Below, piece by piece: positions 26,141-38,187 of a stretch of 64,000 nucleotides of DNA. Under the pieces are notes generated by a model. The model was given only the letters and a program-made list of their open reading frames with translations, made no database searches and was not told where the DNA came from. Every line of letters starts with the position of its first letter. The stretch's first letter is position 1. The stretch is taken from positions 116,686,001 through 116,750,000 of the forward strand of contig NC_087437.1 of NCBI RefSeq assembly GCF_036321535.1. Reading direction: 5' to 3'. The stretch comes from Camelus dromedarius. Taxonomy: Eukaryota. Position numbers and translations under genes: made by a program.

Positions 26141-28341
26141 GCTACCCGTCAGAGGATAAGACCACAGGCCCTAGATAGTTATCATGCCTGCCTGCCTGTC
26201 CACGGGGAACCCAAGGGACAAATAAGGGAGAATGCCAACAAGCAGAGGAAATTAACACGGGACATTAGGAGAGGTTCTGACCTCGGGGAGACACCCACGT
26301 TTGCTGTTCCCGGGCATCGTAAAGAAGAGGGTAGACACTTCCGGCTCTTGTAGAGTTTGGGACCATCTTGTTGGGGATGGTGCTAGGTGACCCAAGGTTG
26401 GCCTGGATCCTGGTACCTGTGCTGGCCGGCAGATGGGTAAGGACAGAGGGCAGCTGGATGGTGTCTGTGTCGTGTGCATGTTTGTTGTGTGTTGTGGGGA
26501 TAGACGGGGGCGGGGAAGGGCAGTTATAAAGCTTCGTTTCATCTGTTCCTCGACCCCAACATGTCTCTGGAATAACTGCAGACAGATACCACCCAGTGAC
26601 TGCAGGATGAATGGTCAGCAAAGGACACACAGGGTCTCAGAATATGCATGAATTATATTATTTCTGCCTCCAAGGGCATTTTCTCCTCCACTGGCCCCCA
26701 GCCTCCAGGATTTCCAAAGTTTCACAGTAGTGTGTGATTTCTGCAGAACTGGGTACCTCATTTTTACTTCTTTGAGGGCAGGGACTAAGCCCTTACTCAT
26801 CCTTCTCCTCAGCAGCTGACACTGTGTTTGCTGAATGAATAAATGATACACCTCAAACCAAATGACGTCTGTTTAACTTGCAACTGGAAACCACTTCCAA
26901 CTGTCTGTTGACTACTGATTTGGACTGGAAAGTAAATACAGATGCGTTTCTAGGGAAACGTTTTCATTATTGTTTTTTACAGGACGACTTGGTAAGCTCA
27001 TCATTTTAATAATTATGTCTGGATTCTAAAGAACCCTAATCTGCATTTTACTCTCTAGACATTTAGTATTAACAACGCATACATTCTACTGTAATACCCG
27101 CTTTCCTCTCCTCTTTTATGAACTTCCCCCTTTCTTAAGGAAAGCGTTAAGACTACTTTTAAACTCAGGGTGAAATGGCGTATCTGGGCATTTCACCCCA
27201 TATGCCTCCTGACTTTTAATTTCCTTCTAACACCTTCGACTTTTGATCTTGAAGTACAAGGGCCGTACTTTTATTAGGTTTAATTTAGTGGAAAACCTGA
27301 TGTTCCTTGTGAATCAAGTCGTAATATTCAATGAATAATCACAGGCTTCAGCCGGGCCGGGTTTTAGTTCTGCCGAGTAACTAGGAAACCGACTAATAAC
27401 AGGAAATAAAAAAATGTTAAAAACCTTGATATGGTCCCAGAAATCAGATAAACCATTTTACTATGAGCGTGTGACCGCCCAAGGCTAGAGGGGGTCAGCC
27501 ATCAAGCAGGACCCAGGGCAAGGGGACTGCTTGGGTGAGCCCAGGGCTCCTCGGAAGGGGACTCGGGGAGCCGCAGAGGCCTGGGTGGGAGTCAAAGAGT
27601 CCAGGCTTGCGTGTGACTCTGGCTTCCTCTCTGCAGCCTCCGCACCCTTTTCAGCTCTGCAGCTTGTGCAGCCTGGATAGATTATTTCCTATGAGGTTTC
27701 ACGCATTTACATCCGAGAGGGTAGGGCTGGCTTTTTCCCCCCATGTTTATAATATATTTTTAAAGAGTTTTTTCATAAACTGCCCCCAGAGAGAAGCTTA
27801 GAAAAAGACACTCAGTAGCTATATCATTCTGAGCCTTTCTCGCCCATGTGCTCAACATGTACTTTACATATTTGTAAATGCCCATCACAACCCAATTGCA
27901 GGTTCCATAATCCCACTTGCTTCTACAGAGGTGAAAACTGGCCCAAGGTTTAGCGAGTTAGAGCTGAGCAAAAGTTGCTCGTCATGAACAGATTGTCTCC
28001 AAATTCCTGTACCTCTTCTTTTGACATCTTTCTGCTCAGATATGTCGGAAACTCCACCTCTCCCCGGCCTGCATCAGCTCTTCAAGGAGGAAAGTGACTC
28101 TGAACCCCTGATCACCAAGCACTGGACACCTGTGGGCGCAGAAGCAGGTGCTGTGGACAAGACAGACCCACTTCGGGCAACCGAACTTGACCGCATGGCT
28201 GTCTGCACGAAGCTTCTCAGACACCATCAGGGCTGTGTGAGTAGACTGGGGGAAAAGACCCTCTTTTAGCTGGAACTGCAGCCCCAATGAGGCAGTATTT
28301 TCTGCTATAGTTAAAAAAAAAAAAAGTAGCATACTTTCCAC

Positions 28342-28636
28342 GTCTCCATGGTAACTTACTATGGATCCGTATTCCGTTTATGAAGCTCCTTCCTGACCTG
28401 TGATTTCTGATCCAGGCCTGAATACACACGGAGAAGCCATCAGAATAATTTCAATCTGCCAGAAATAATCCTCCCTGCACCCGGTTCCTTCAGCCATGAA
28501 GACCCTGCCCCTGACCCATGCAAGGGTGATACCTGGAAACCCTCGGGTACCTGGAAACATTAAGGTGCAGCAGTATCTCAATTATCCGGATAACTCCGGA
28601 TTTAGGGTTGCCATGGAAACTGCGAACCTTGGCAAC
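28342..28636. promoter_or_regulatory. Cluster of RFX X-box-like motifs upstream of the ETS2 promoter
   Basis: GTCTCCATGGTAAC 28342-28355; TACCTGGAAAC twice (28530-28540, 28548-28558); GTTGCCATGGAAAC 28607-28620; CCTTGGCAAC 28627-28636. Confidence 0.55.
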
Positions 28637-29500
28637 CGAGACATGAGGCAGTTCCTTTCCCTTCACAGCACTGCAGTCCCCAAGACACACCAACTTTAAA
28701 GCTGGGGCCCTGCCCAAGCTGGGCTATTTTATTTTATACCCACCTTTAGGAATCTAAATAGTTCTCCAAATAATGAAAATCTGACCTGAATCTGAATAGG
28801 AAATGTGCATTTTTGTAGCCGCAAACTCAAGTATTTCCTGCTAAAAATGGAAACCAGCAGTATGGGTGACGGTTTTGACCATAGCTGGGAGTCAGGTAAA
28901 TTCGAGTTTCAACCCTGAATTTCCCATTACCCTAAGGGCCGATTCCGTCATATTTAAGGAGGAGGCAATAAGGCCTGGGAGAATTATCACGAGCATGAGC
29001 CCAGGGATGCTCAGTCAAGGCTGGCATGGCTAAGGCACCGCTCAACTCTAGGGGGAGCCACTCACAAGGAGGCTGTAGGAATGGGGCTCCCGGGAGAGGG
29101 TGGGGGACTCCGTGACCCACAGAAAGGCTCAGTTTGTACATTTGTCATCTCATTTAGCGTCTTTTCATGACAGAATGGTCGTAAAGCATAAGCATAATCA
29201 GAAATTCTAAGTCCACAAGGAGGGCTAAGAACGAGTCCCTTACTACCCAAGCCCGGCAGCCACTCGGTGGCACCAGCACCACGACTCCAGTCTTATCAGG
29301 GCACGTCTGGTGTTAAAGCCTCTGGACCAGGGGAAGAAACCAAGGAAAGACACTCTTCCCGACCACCTGGGTCATACAAGGGCACGGGGCGCCAGGCTTC
29401 TGAGTCCCGGGCTCAACGCGGCCCTGGAACCGCAGGCCAGGGACACAGAAGAGTGACAGCCGGCGTCCAGCGAGGTCAGGCCTGCAAGGAGCGGCTCCGC

Positions 29501-29669
29501 CCCCTGCTCTTCTCCTCCACCCTCCTCTCCTCGGCTCTCCTCCCCTCTGCTTCCCACCCCCTCCCCTCCCCTCCGCCCCTCCGGTCCTCTCCCCTCCCCC
29601 TCAGCCCCTCCTCCCTCCTCTCTGTCGTCTCCCCTCCCTCCTGCCTCCTCCCTCCCACCCCCTGCTCCT
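29501..29669 (+). promoter_or_regulatory. ETS2: Polypyrimidine (CT) tract of the ETS2 promoter
   Basis: ~170 nt almost entirely C/T (CCCTCC-like units) immediately 5' of exon 1; such a tract is a known feature of the human ETS2 promoter. Confidence 0.85.
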
Positions 29670-29694
29670 GAAGAGCGCGCGGCGACGGGGACCG

Positions 29695-29888
29695 GCCGGT
29701 TACTTCCTCCAGCGGCGGCGCGGAGCGCGGTGTCGCCCCAGCCCCGAGCGCCCCGAGCCCGCCCGCCGCCCCCGGCCGGTGCCGACCTCCCGGAGCGCCT
29801 CCCTCGCGCGTCCGCGCCCGCGCCCTCCGCGGCGCGCACCGAGAAGCCCGGGCCCCGAGCCGCCGGCGGCCCTGCCCGGAGCGGCGCG
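29695..29888 (+). other. ETS2: ETS2 exon 1 (non-coding 5'UTR)
   Basis: Starts with CCGGTTACTTCCTCCAG, as recalled for the human mRNA 5' end; ends at donor GCG|GTAAGA (GT 29889-29890). TSS approximate. Confidence 0.8.
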
Positions 29889-32800
29889 GTAAGAGCGGGG
29901 TATGGGCGGCAGGGGTCCGGCGGGCGGGGGTCGGCGGGGAGCGCCCTCCGGCGCCGGCTCCCCTCCCGGGGGACCCGCAAACCGGGCAGAGGCCGTGGCG
30001 GCGCCGAGGTCCGGATCCCGGGGCGCAGCCGTTGTCCGGGCAGGGTGGCGGCTGCTCCCTGGAGTCGCGGTTCGCGAGTCCGGTTCCGATCCGCTCGGGG
30101 CTCATGTTCCGGGTGGCCGGGTGGCCGGGTGGCTTTGGGGGCGGCGGGCAGGGCGCTTGGTGGGCCGGGCGGTGACGCGCGGAGCCGGCTGCGAACTTGG
30201 GCCGCGGGCCCCGGGGTCGCGGAGCCGGCTGGGGCGGGCGGGGCGCGCCAGCTCGTTTCACTAGCTTTTGTTTTAAAAGGAAACGCGGGCGTGGTGGGGG
30301 GGCTCTTGCCACTGGGCGCCCGGCGGACCTGATTTCGCGAAGGGGGACGCCGGAGAGGGTGTCCGAGGGGCCCCGGCGAGCCCAGGCTTACGGATGGTTT
30401 ACGGGAGGGCGCCGGGCCCGGGAAGATCTGGGGCACCTGGAACACCTGGGAGGCTGCGTCTCCCCGAAAACACGCCGATCCCAACCCCCCAGGCACCTGC
30501 TCGGCCACGTTCAGGATCCTTCCGTTCGAGCGAGACCCCCTCAGGCGCCCCAGGACCTCCGGATCGGGGCGCCTAGGTCCTGCGAGACAAACACTGGGAA
30601 TCTGTCGGAAATGGGGATCTGGGTGCGCAAGGCTGCCTTTATTTAAATTCCCATTTTTACAGCATTTTGGATGATAGGGTAATAGCGTTTGTGCGTGTAT
30701 GATTTTTTTTTAAGCACGTGAGATTTTTTTTTTAATATTGGCCTGTATTCAATCTTAGGGTATCCTAAAATAGTAGTTGACATGCTGCTTATTTAGAAAG
30801 TAAAGAAATGAGCAGTCCCCTTGGAGATAGGAGTAATTTATTTTAATTTACCACTAAGAGATTATGTTTGTTCCCTGCGGTGGAAGCGCCTGTTCGCTGT
30901 CTGCCTGCCCACACCACCAATCAGAAAGATAAATCTCTAAGTTAAGGTCTATTAAAATTCTGAATAATATCACAGTACAGTAAATGCCAGCGCCCCGCGT
31001 CCTGCAGGGAGGTAGGCACTCATTTTTGGGATTAGTCATTCCTCCCTCTAAATTGATAACTTTCAAAGAGAGAAGCAAACCAATCATCAGAACTGCGTTT
31101 TGGGTTTGTTTTTCTTTCTCCCCCGCCTCCCCACTCCACATTTACCTAAATACAAATCTGAGCTCTGATCTCACGTAAGTAATCACTTATTCCCATAAGG
31201 ATACTGTTGTCCGGCAAGTTCTTCTTGTTTTAAATTTTAACCACTCTCAGCCCTTCCATTTCTACCATTTTCCCCTTTCTCTCTCTTTTTTTCTCAAAAT
31301 CAGCAGTCGATAGGGCAACACTAAGAGGACCTTAGTGTGAAATTGACTTCTGTGGAGAAACTTGGCCCGCCTGCCGCCTTAACAAGCTGTGTTGAATAAA
31401 ATAAGTGAACTTAAATTTGATTAGTTATGTGTTTGCCACAAACCATTGGTAGAGCACTTTGATTCTACATGGTTTTCACAAAACAAATTAAAAGCTGGAC
31501 AACAAAAGAATTCTATTCTGTAGCTAGTAATTATAGCTCTTTATGTGGGAGTGGTAGACTGCCTTTCCTTCTGGTATCTGTACACAAAAACCAGGCGAGG
31601 CTTTTCATTACCTTCCGCATCCATCCTCCTGTCTCTGTGAGGCTGAAAAATGTAGCATAAAATCTGTAAAACCTGGGAAGAAGATGGATCACTGGCAGCA
31701 CCCAAGATGTCCTTGCATTTTGGTCTCCTTTTTGAGGCTTGTTAAGGTAATCAACAGGTGACAGGACTTGGTTCATCCAGATCAATGACATTAGCTCCAC
31801 ATTAAGGGGCATTTCACATTATAAGGAGTAGCGAGCAGGGGCCTAGTCTGATAGTATCCGTGTGACGTCTCTGCTTTTTCTGATGTGCTGGGAGGGGCAG
31901 GAGGGCCCAGGCCTCATCATTCAGGTCATCCTGGCACATGGAGGAGCTCAGGAGGTAGGGCCATACTCCACTGGGGTTTGGTCTGCACTATGCCTCTTAG
32001 ATGGCCCACGGTTGCTGTGTGATCCTGGGCCAGGTACCCGAGGTCTCTGGGCCTCTGTTGCCTCACTGTATGATGGTATAACATCTACCACTCAGGGATG
32101 TCAGACGATTCAGTGAGTGGGGGAAGGTGTGGTCCCCCAGCTCAGGCTTAGCCTTTACCAAGTGGGAATCTTCCAGGGCGGTGACCATCAGTAGTGAATA
32201 TTGATTCTTGAGTGCATGTGGATGACATTGTCCACCAAGTGGAGATTCTGAGCAAATGTGGCCACTTTTGTACCCTCTGGACCCCCCTGCCCCAGGAATA
32301 TTATTTTTTGTCAAAGCTTTTGAGCCTGCACTGGCCACCATGATAATTACCCGCACTTAAGGTATTAACAGCCGTCTCCAGTGCCTCTCGCCTCCCCTGT
32401 GGCAGTGACTGTCCTCCCACGCTGCCTTTCCAGCCAAGGGGTGTGTGTGTGCGTGTGTGTACGTGTGCCTGTGTATTGAGCTGCTGGGAGGTCTGGTTTA
32501 GCCGCAATGTTGACCATAAAGAAAAAACAAGAAAGTACAAACTCGAATTAAGTAGTTACGGGAAAACAGGCTGTTGGCCTCCGCCAGTCAGTCCTGTCTA
32601 TTGCACAATATTTTAATTACTCAAAGTTCGTGGTTGTAACAGGTAGGAGCACCCAGTGGAGACCGCAGGGTGGGCCGTTAGAGGTACCCTGTAAAGCTTC
32701 CTTCTAGACCTGCAGTTCATGGTCAAGGAGCCAGGGGGTGGGTTCCTGTCACTGATGCTCTCCCAGGTTATCTGAAAATCAGCTTTCGTTGCTCTGTTTT

Positions 32801-32934
32801 TTTCTCTAACACCTTGGCAGGATTATCAAGGTACATTTCTCACTTATTAATATTTAACTTACCCGACCAAACAATTACATTTTAGGGCCCCAAATACGTT
32901 TTCAGATTATTACAGCAATCACAAGTCACATGCA

Positions 32935-33225
32935 GAACTGTCCGATTGTAAGTCACACCTGTAACTCAAAGTTTTCTAGTAGCTACGTTAAATAGTGAAA
33001 TAGGTGAAATGAATTTCAGTGTATTTCAGTTAACCTAGCACATTTAAATTACATAAACACACAGTCAATATAAAGTTAGTACTGAGATAGGTTACTTTTT
33101 TCCCGTGAAATCTTTGACATCGGGGTACATTTTACATGCAGAGCACATCTGAGTTTGCCCTTGCCCTGGGTCAGGCGCTCAGTTAGCCACACGAGGCTGG
33201 TGGCTACACATCGGTCTCTGCAGGT
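32935..33225. mobile_element. hAT-Charlie MITE (MER33-like) in ETS2 intron 1
   Basis: TTTTCTAGTAGCTAC...AGGTGAAAT...GCACATCT...TAGCCACACGAGGCTGGTGGCTAC. Confidence 0.6.
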
Positions 33226-33970
33226 CTCGGATAAGCCCAGGCCTTCAAAGCAAGCGAGGCAGATCCATGATTAGAACTGCTTCCTCTTGAAGAAATGCAG
33301 GCTGAGCCACACACAGCGCAGACGCATTTTGCGCTTGGGTGCCCTGGGCCGGCACAGGAGGGTTGGTCTCCCTTTTATCAGCCTCCTGCGCCTGTGCTTC
33401 CTCACGGCTTGCAGTGGGGAGGGGGCCTCCGAGGCAGCTCTTTTCAGCAGAGTTTCCCGAGTCCGGATCTTCCTGTGAGCTGCCAGGGGCAGGGCATCCC
33501 TCGGCTGGCCGGCACGCCCGCAGGTTAAGCTGACTGCCCCGGCGCAGACAGGAGGTGGCCCACGGCCCACACAACAGAGCCCCCCAAGCCCGCACCCCTT
33601 GGGGTTGACCTTGGAATTGGCGGTAGAAAGCAGGTCTCCCACTCGTCTACCAGGACACAGGCCCCCTGCTCAGGTCACCCAGCCAGGCTTCCCGGGAGGT
33701 TCTGAGCGAAGGCAACTTTATCTGTGCGCCTCAAATCTAAGTGGAATTCAGTGGCAAATTAGCATTATTATTTAATTACTTAAATAGCATCCCCTTTGTG
33801 AGAAGAATTCCTGGCATTCAGTTTTGACTGACCTGTTAGGGCTGCGGAACTTGACGGACTCAGCCCAAATTAAGTGTGAATGCGGCCAGTGCAGACTTCT
33901 TAAAAAATGGACTTGGTTTGTCGCCTCTTTGACTCTTCATTTCTTTTCTTTTTCCTTTTCTTTTTTTAAG

Positions 33971-34042
33971 ATGAATGATTTTGGAATCAAGAACATGGAC
34001 CAGGTGGCCCCCGTGTCCAGCAGCTACAGAGGGACACTCAAG
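33971..34042 (+). CDS. ETS2: ETS2 exon 2, first coding exon (MNDFGIKNMDQVAPVSSSYRGTLK)
   Basis: Long pyrimidine tract then AG|ATG; donor AAG|GTGAGT; ETS2 N-terminus. Confidence 0.97.
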
Positions 34043-36239
34043 GTGAGTAAGTCAGGCTTAATTAAATTTTAAAAAATCAGAAAATGCAATCTCTAGGAGT
34101 TAAAAACAAGGGCTGGATCCCAGAAGACTAGTTCTAGCCTTAGCTTTTTAATTTACAGGCTGTGTGACTCTGGACTGTTTGCTTAATCTCTCTGGGTCTC
34201 AGTTTTCTAGTCTGTAAAACGGGTGTCCTGGTGCTTGTTTGACTGGCCCTCCAAGATATGCAACCGTTTAATTTGTAGATGGTGAGGCCTTTGTAGTTTA
34301 CTGCTGAGGCTCCTACCAGGTGAAAATTCCTGTGAATTCTCAAGAGAACAGAGCTGTGGAGACTATCTGTTCTGTCCATTCCAGGAGTTTCCTTGGGTGA
34401 CGGAAAGGCTGTTTAAGAACTGACGTTAAAGAGCCGCTTCTCCCGTCAGAAGCGGCAACGTCCACTGGGATGCAGGCGGCCTGTGCTTCCTGGCAGGACC
34501 GTGCAAGCTGATGTGAACTGGAAAACAGATTAAAGATGAGCGAGCCTTCTCCACTGCATAATGAACAGACCTCATGTAGCTTCTGTCTCAGTCCCTTCGG
34601 GAACATTCTTTAGCAGCAGAAACTGATAATTTCCCATTTGCCTTCTCCAAATGTGACTGTGAGAGTTGATTTTTTTTTTCAGTGTTCTATAATAAACATG
34701 TCTCAGAAGCAGTGATTTTTAGATTGGCCTCCTCTGAGCTGAATGTTTTTGTACAATGATGTGTCTCTGGCATGTTATGTTTTTCTCTGTATATCATCAT
34801 GAGATTATTTGTCTGATAGAACCCAAAGAGGCAAAATCTGGCACTGGCCTCTAGAGTATCCATGAAGTTTATCAAACTTCAGGCTAGTGAGTTTTTTGGT
34901 TCAATTTGTACAGACATTTCCAGCGTAGCGGAAACCAGACAAGAAATTATGGTACTAAGTTTGAAACGACACCTCTAGAGAGAAAAATTCTGCTATAACT
35001 TCAGGGAGTTTGACGGTGCCCATGTGATTTCTGGGTTTGGAGAAGAAACTCATTGCTGAAATTGATGTGTTGAAATACGCAGCAGGAATTTGTCTTGTCT
35101 TTGGCTTCCGGTTTTAAAAAAAAAGAACAGTCGAGAGGACAGTCTGGAAAAAAAAGGCATTTCTTAGTCACCTGGGCAGTGCTAGTGGGAATTTTAAAAA
35201 ATCCGTTGGCTATTTCACCAAAATTAGGGCTGCTATAGGGTTCTTTGTAGATCTAGGTAAGTACTTTGCACTTGCTTGGTTGGTTCTCCCCCCTGTGGGT
35301 CTTCGGACATCCTTGCCTTGGGTTTTTGGGGGCTGGTTTCCAACACCATTGGGACATCACTGACTCGAGTGTTTTGGGCTGAGCTCCAGCTTCTGCCTGT
35401 CCTCTTATGTAATGCGTCATTCATTGTTCCGCACTTCTAAAAAGAAAGCACACAGACCGTTTTAGTTGTAAATGTGTTACACATTTTTTTAATTGATGAC
35501 TCAGCAGATGGGTCATTGCATTACACATAACATGGGATTTCCAGCTTATGTTGGAAAAAAATAACCTTTCTTCACGTTTTTCCTCAACAAGTGAGGCAAT
35601 GATGAATCAAGCCTTTATCTGTTACTTATAAGTGAGCCTTGCATTAAAGGCTATTTCATTTATAAATATTAGATGAGATTATTAGAAATCCTCTCAATGT
35701 GAGGTTTATCTTTCTCTGTGTAACTCTCCTCCTCTTTCTCCTAAATTATAGGTAGTTCACCTTTAAACCTATTTCCTTTGGAAATCTTTCCCCTTAATAT
35801 TTGATGGCGGGGGTCATTTTGAATATACTTTCCTTGTACAGAATTAAGCCTTAAGGAATGTTCTCATATGGGATAGCGGAGGGAAAACTTCTGGTTTCAG
35901 TTAAAGTGTTTCATGGTAAACATTTCAGAATAAATGCTTCCACAGATATAGTAATATAGTTCCTCATTTGATTTTTGATTTCCAGTCGCTTGCCTTTTGT
36001 TTTAACAGCGGTGAGCTGAAACTGTCCAGCCAAGGGTCATTTTTCTTCTGTACTCAGTTTCTCTCCCGCGTAGCTTACAAGGGCCAGGTGTTTGGACCAG
36101 GTGGTCCCTGAGATCCCTCCCTCCCAGCACTGCTCTAAGATCCTCTTGTTTTAAGTTAGTTTACTTAATGTATTCATTTAAATTGGTTAGGCCATTAAAA
36201 ATAAATTCCCTGGCATACCTCTGGCCCTGAGGCTGATTA

Positions 36240-36646
36240 CAGGCACACCCTGTCAGGTGGTACAGATGGTACTTCACTTTGCTGCGTGTTTTACACATTG
36301 AAGGTTTGCGGCCACCCCGCATCCAGCAAGTTGATCGGCACCGTTTTCCCAACAGCGTTTGCTCACCTCGTGTCTCTAGGTCACGTTTGGTAATTCAAGC
36401 AATATTTCAAACCCTCCACCAGCAAAATAGATGAAGGTTCAGATGATGGTTAGCATTTTTTAGCAATAAAGTATTTTTTAATTAAGCGTTGTTTTTTTTT
36501 TAGACATGATACTCTTGCACACTTAATTGACCATAAATGCGTGTCACTTTTCTACGCACCTGGAAACCAAAAAATTTGTGTGACTTGCTTTACTGCGATA
36601 TTTGCTTTATCGCAGTGGTCTGGAGTGTGTCTCCAAGGTGTGCCTG
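36240..36646. mobile_element. Tigger1-derived MITE in ETS2 intron 2
   Basis: Perfect 10-bp TIR CAGGCACACC...GGTGTGCCTG flanked by TA on both sides (36238-39, 36647-48); Tigger1-like subterminal text. Confidence 0.85.
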
Positions 36647-36839
36647 TAAATCCAGAGTGAAGTATAATCACTTTGACCCTCTCAGAAGTCTACTCAGGCT
36701 GGCCTATTCCATGCGTGACTGTATAACTGGCAGTTTAACTGGGGTGCCTCAGTGAGACTGCCTATGAACCACTTTTAAAGGACATCATTAAGTAAGTCAG
36801 ATAATCACGTTTTGGTTTTCTTTCCATCTGCTTCTGCAG

Positions 36840-36951
36840 CGCCAGCCCGCCTTTGACACCTTCGACGGGTCCCTGCTTGCCGTTTTCCCCTCGTTAAATG
36901 AGGAGCAAACACTCCAAGAAGTGCCAACAGGCTTGGATTCAATTTCTCATG
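36840..36951 (+). CDS. ETS2: ETS2 exon 3 (RQPAFDTFDGSLLAVFPSLNEEQTLQEVPTGLDSISH)
   Basis: CTGCAG| acceptor, G|GTAATT donor, 112 nt, frame consistent with neighbours. Confidence 0.96.
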
Positions 36952-38067
36952 GTAATTTGTTACTCAGACTTGACAAACTGAGCATGATGTCCGTAAGTCG
37001 TCCAGTTAATAGAGAGATGGCAATTCCCAGGCGACGAACGTCGGCGTCTTGAATCTTGGGTGGGAAGAGTCAGGTGGAGGCCCTGCGCCGGAGAAGACGG
37101 GTTTCCTTTTTCACGCATGTGGTGGCTGGTGTCCTCACCTGCCAGACACACCCCAGGGAGAGCGGGGGCCCTTAGCTTTCCCTTGGGCTGTTTCCGGCTG
37201 CAGCCAGCCCAGCCTCACCTGCCAGTCTGCTGCGTGAAGCAGGCCAGTGGACGTTAAAATGCATCCCAGCTTTTCACCCTGTGTTTGCATCATTACATAG
37301 ATCGTCCCTCCGCCCCCAACTCTGAGTTTTGGGGCAACAAATTATTCTTGCCCATCGTTACCCATCTGTGTTTGCTTCCGGAGCTGTTTATTCTTTTTAA
37401 AGGACTAGCACGTTGGACGGTGCCTCTGCCATTACTATGATACAGTTACTGGTTGGAAACATTCCAGAGGCTACTTTGTCATATGAAGTAGGTGCTAGAG
37501 AATACAGCGCAGAAAGTTAATGAAAACACGTATGCTTGCATAAGCGTGCTGCCGTGTGACGATCATTTATCACACTTGAAATTGCTGAGGGAATCCAGAG
37601 AAGGTGGTTTTTCAATAAAAATGGAAGGTGTGCGGACGTCACAGGTGCCAAGCACGGTGTGTTCCTTTTATGCCTGACGTCCCTTTGCCTGCTGCTTTGT
37701 GTTAGTGGAAGTCACTTCCAGGTTAGGCATTGACAGCCCCTTAAGCCATGCCGTTTCTTTCGTTGTCTAACGTTGAAGTAAAGCCTTAAATAGAAATGTT
37801 ACCTGGGCATCACCACTTTATGAAGTTTTGCAAAATAAAACTTGAGTTTTATTCGAGATTTTTTATAAGTGTAGTTATGAGATGTGTAATATTTTCTCGG
37901 TTTCAGTCAAAAACATTTTTTGTTAATATTTATACTCTTCTGAGGAGTGATGCTGAAGGTTTGAGATCAGAATTGTTCTTCCCTAAAGACCAGGATGTCC
38001 CCTTGCTCGGTCCTGCCTGTGTTGTCGCCGGCTTGAACTCCTAACGTCCTGGGGTTTTCTTTTCCAG

Positions 38068-38187
38068 ACTCGACCAACTGTGAGTTGCCTCTGTTGACCC
38101 CGTGCAGCAAGGCTGTGATGAGTCAAGCCTTAAAAGCTACCTTCAGTGGCTTCAAAAAGGAGCAGCGCCGCCTCGGCATCCCAAAGA
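38068..38187 (+). CDS. ETS2: ETS2 exon 4, includes ERK site PLLT72P and start of PNT domain
   Basis: TTCCAG| acceptor, A|GTAGGT donor. [40 protein letters not shown]; Thr72 codon at 38097-38099. Confidence 0.97.

Larger units (their letters stand above)
29380..30630. promoter_or_regulatory. ETS2: CpG island / TATA-less promoter of ETS2
   Basis: Very high GC and CpG density spanning exon 1 and 5' intron 1; GC boxes; no TATA box. Confidence 0.92.

Noticed and set aside
28950..29480. Possible upstream coding exon for an N-terminally extended ETS2 isoform (one is annotated in human, as recalled)
   Set aside because: No convincing ATG-initiated open frame leading to a strong donor; cannot be supported without alignment or RNA data.
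29372..30646. Long overlapping ORFs on both strands (378, 278, 200 and 149 aa) at the ETS2 promoter
   Set aside because: Pro/Arg/Gly/Ala-rich low-complexity translations expected from stop-poor CpG-island DNA; no recognisable domain.
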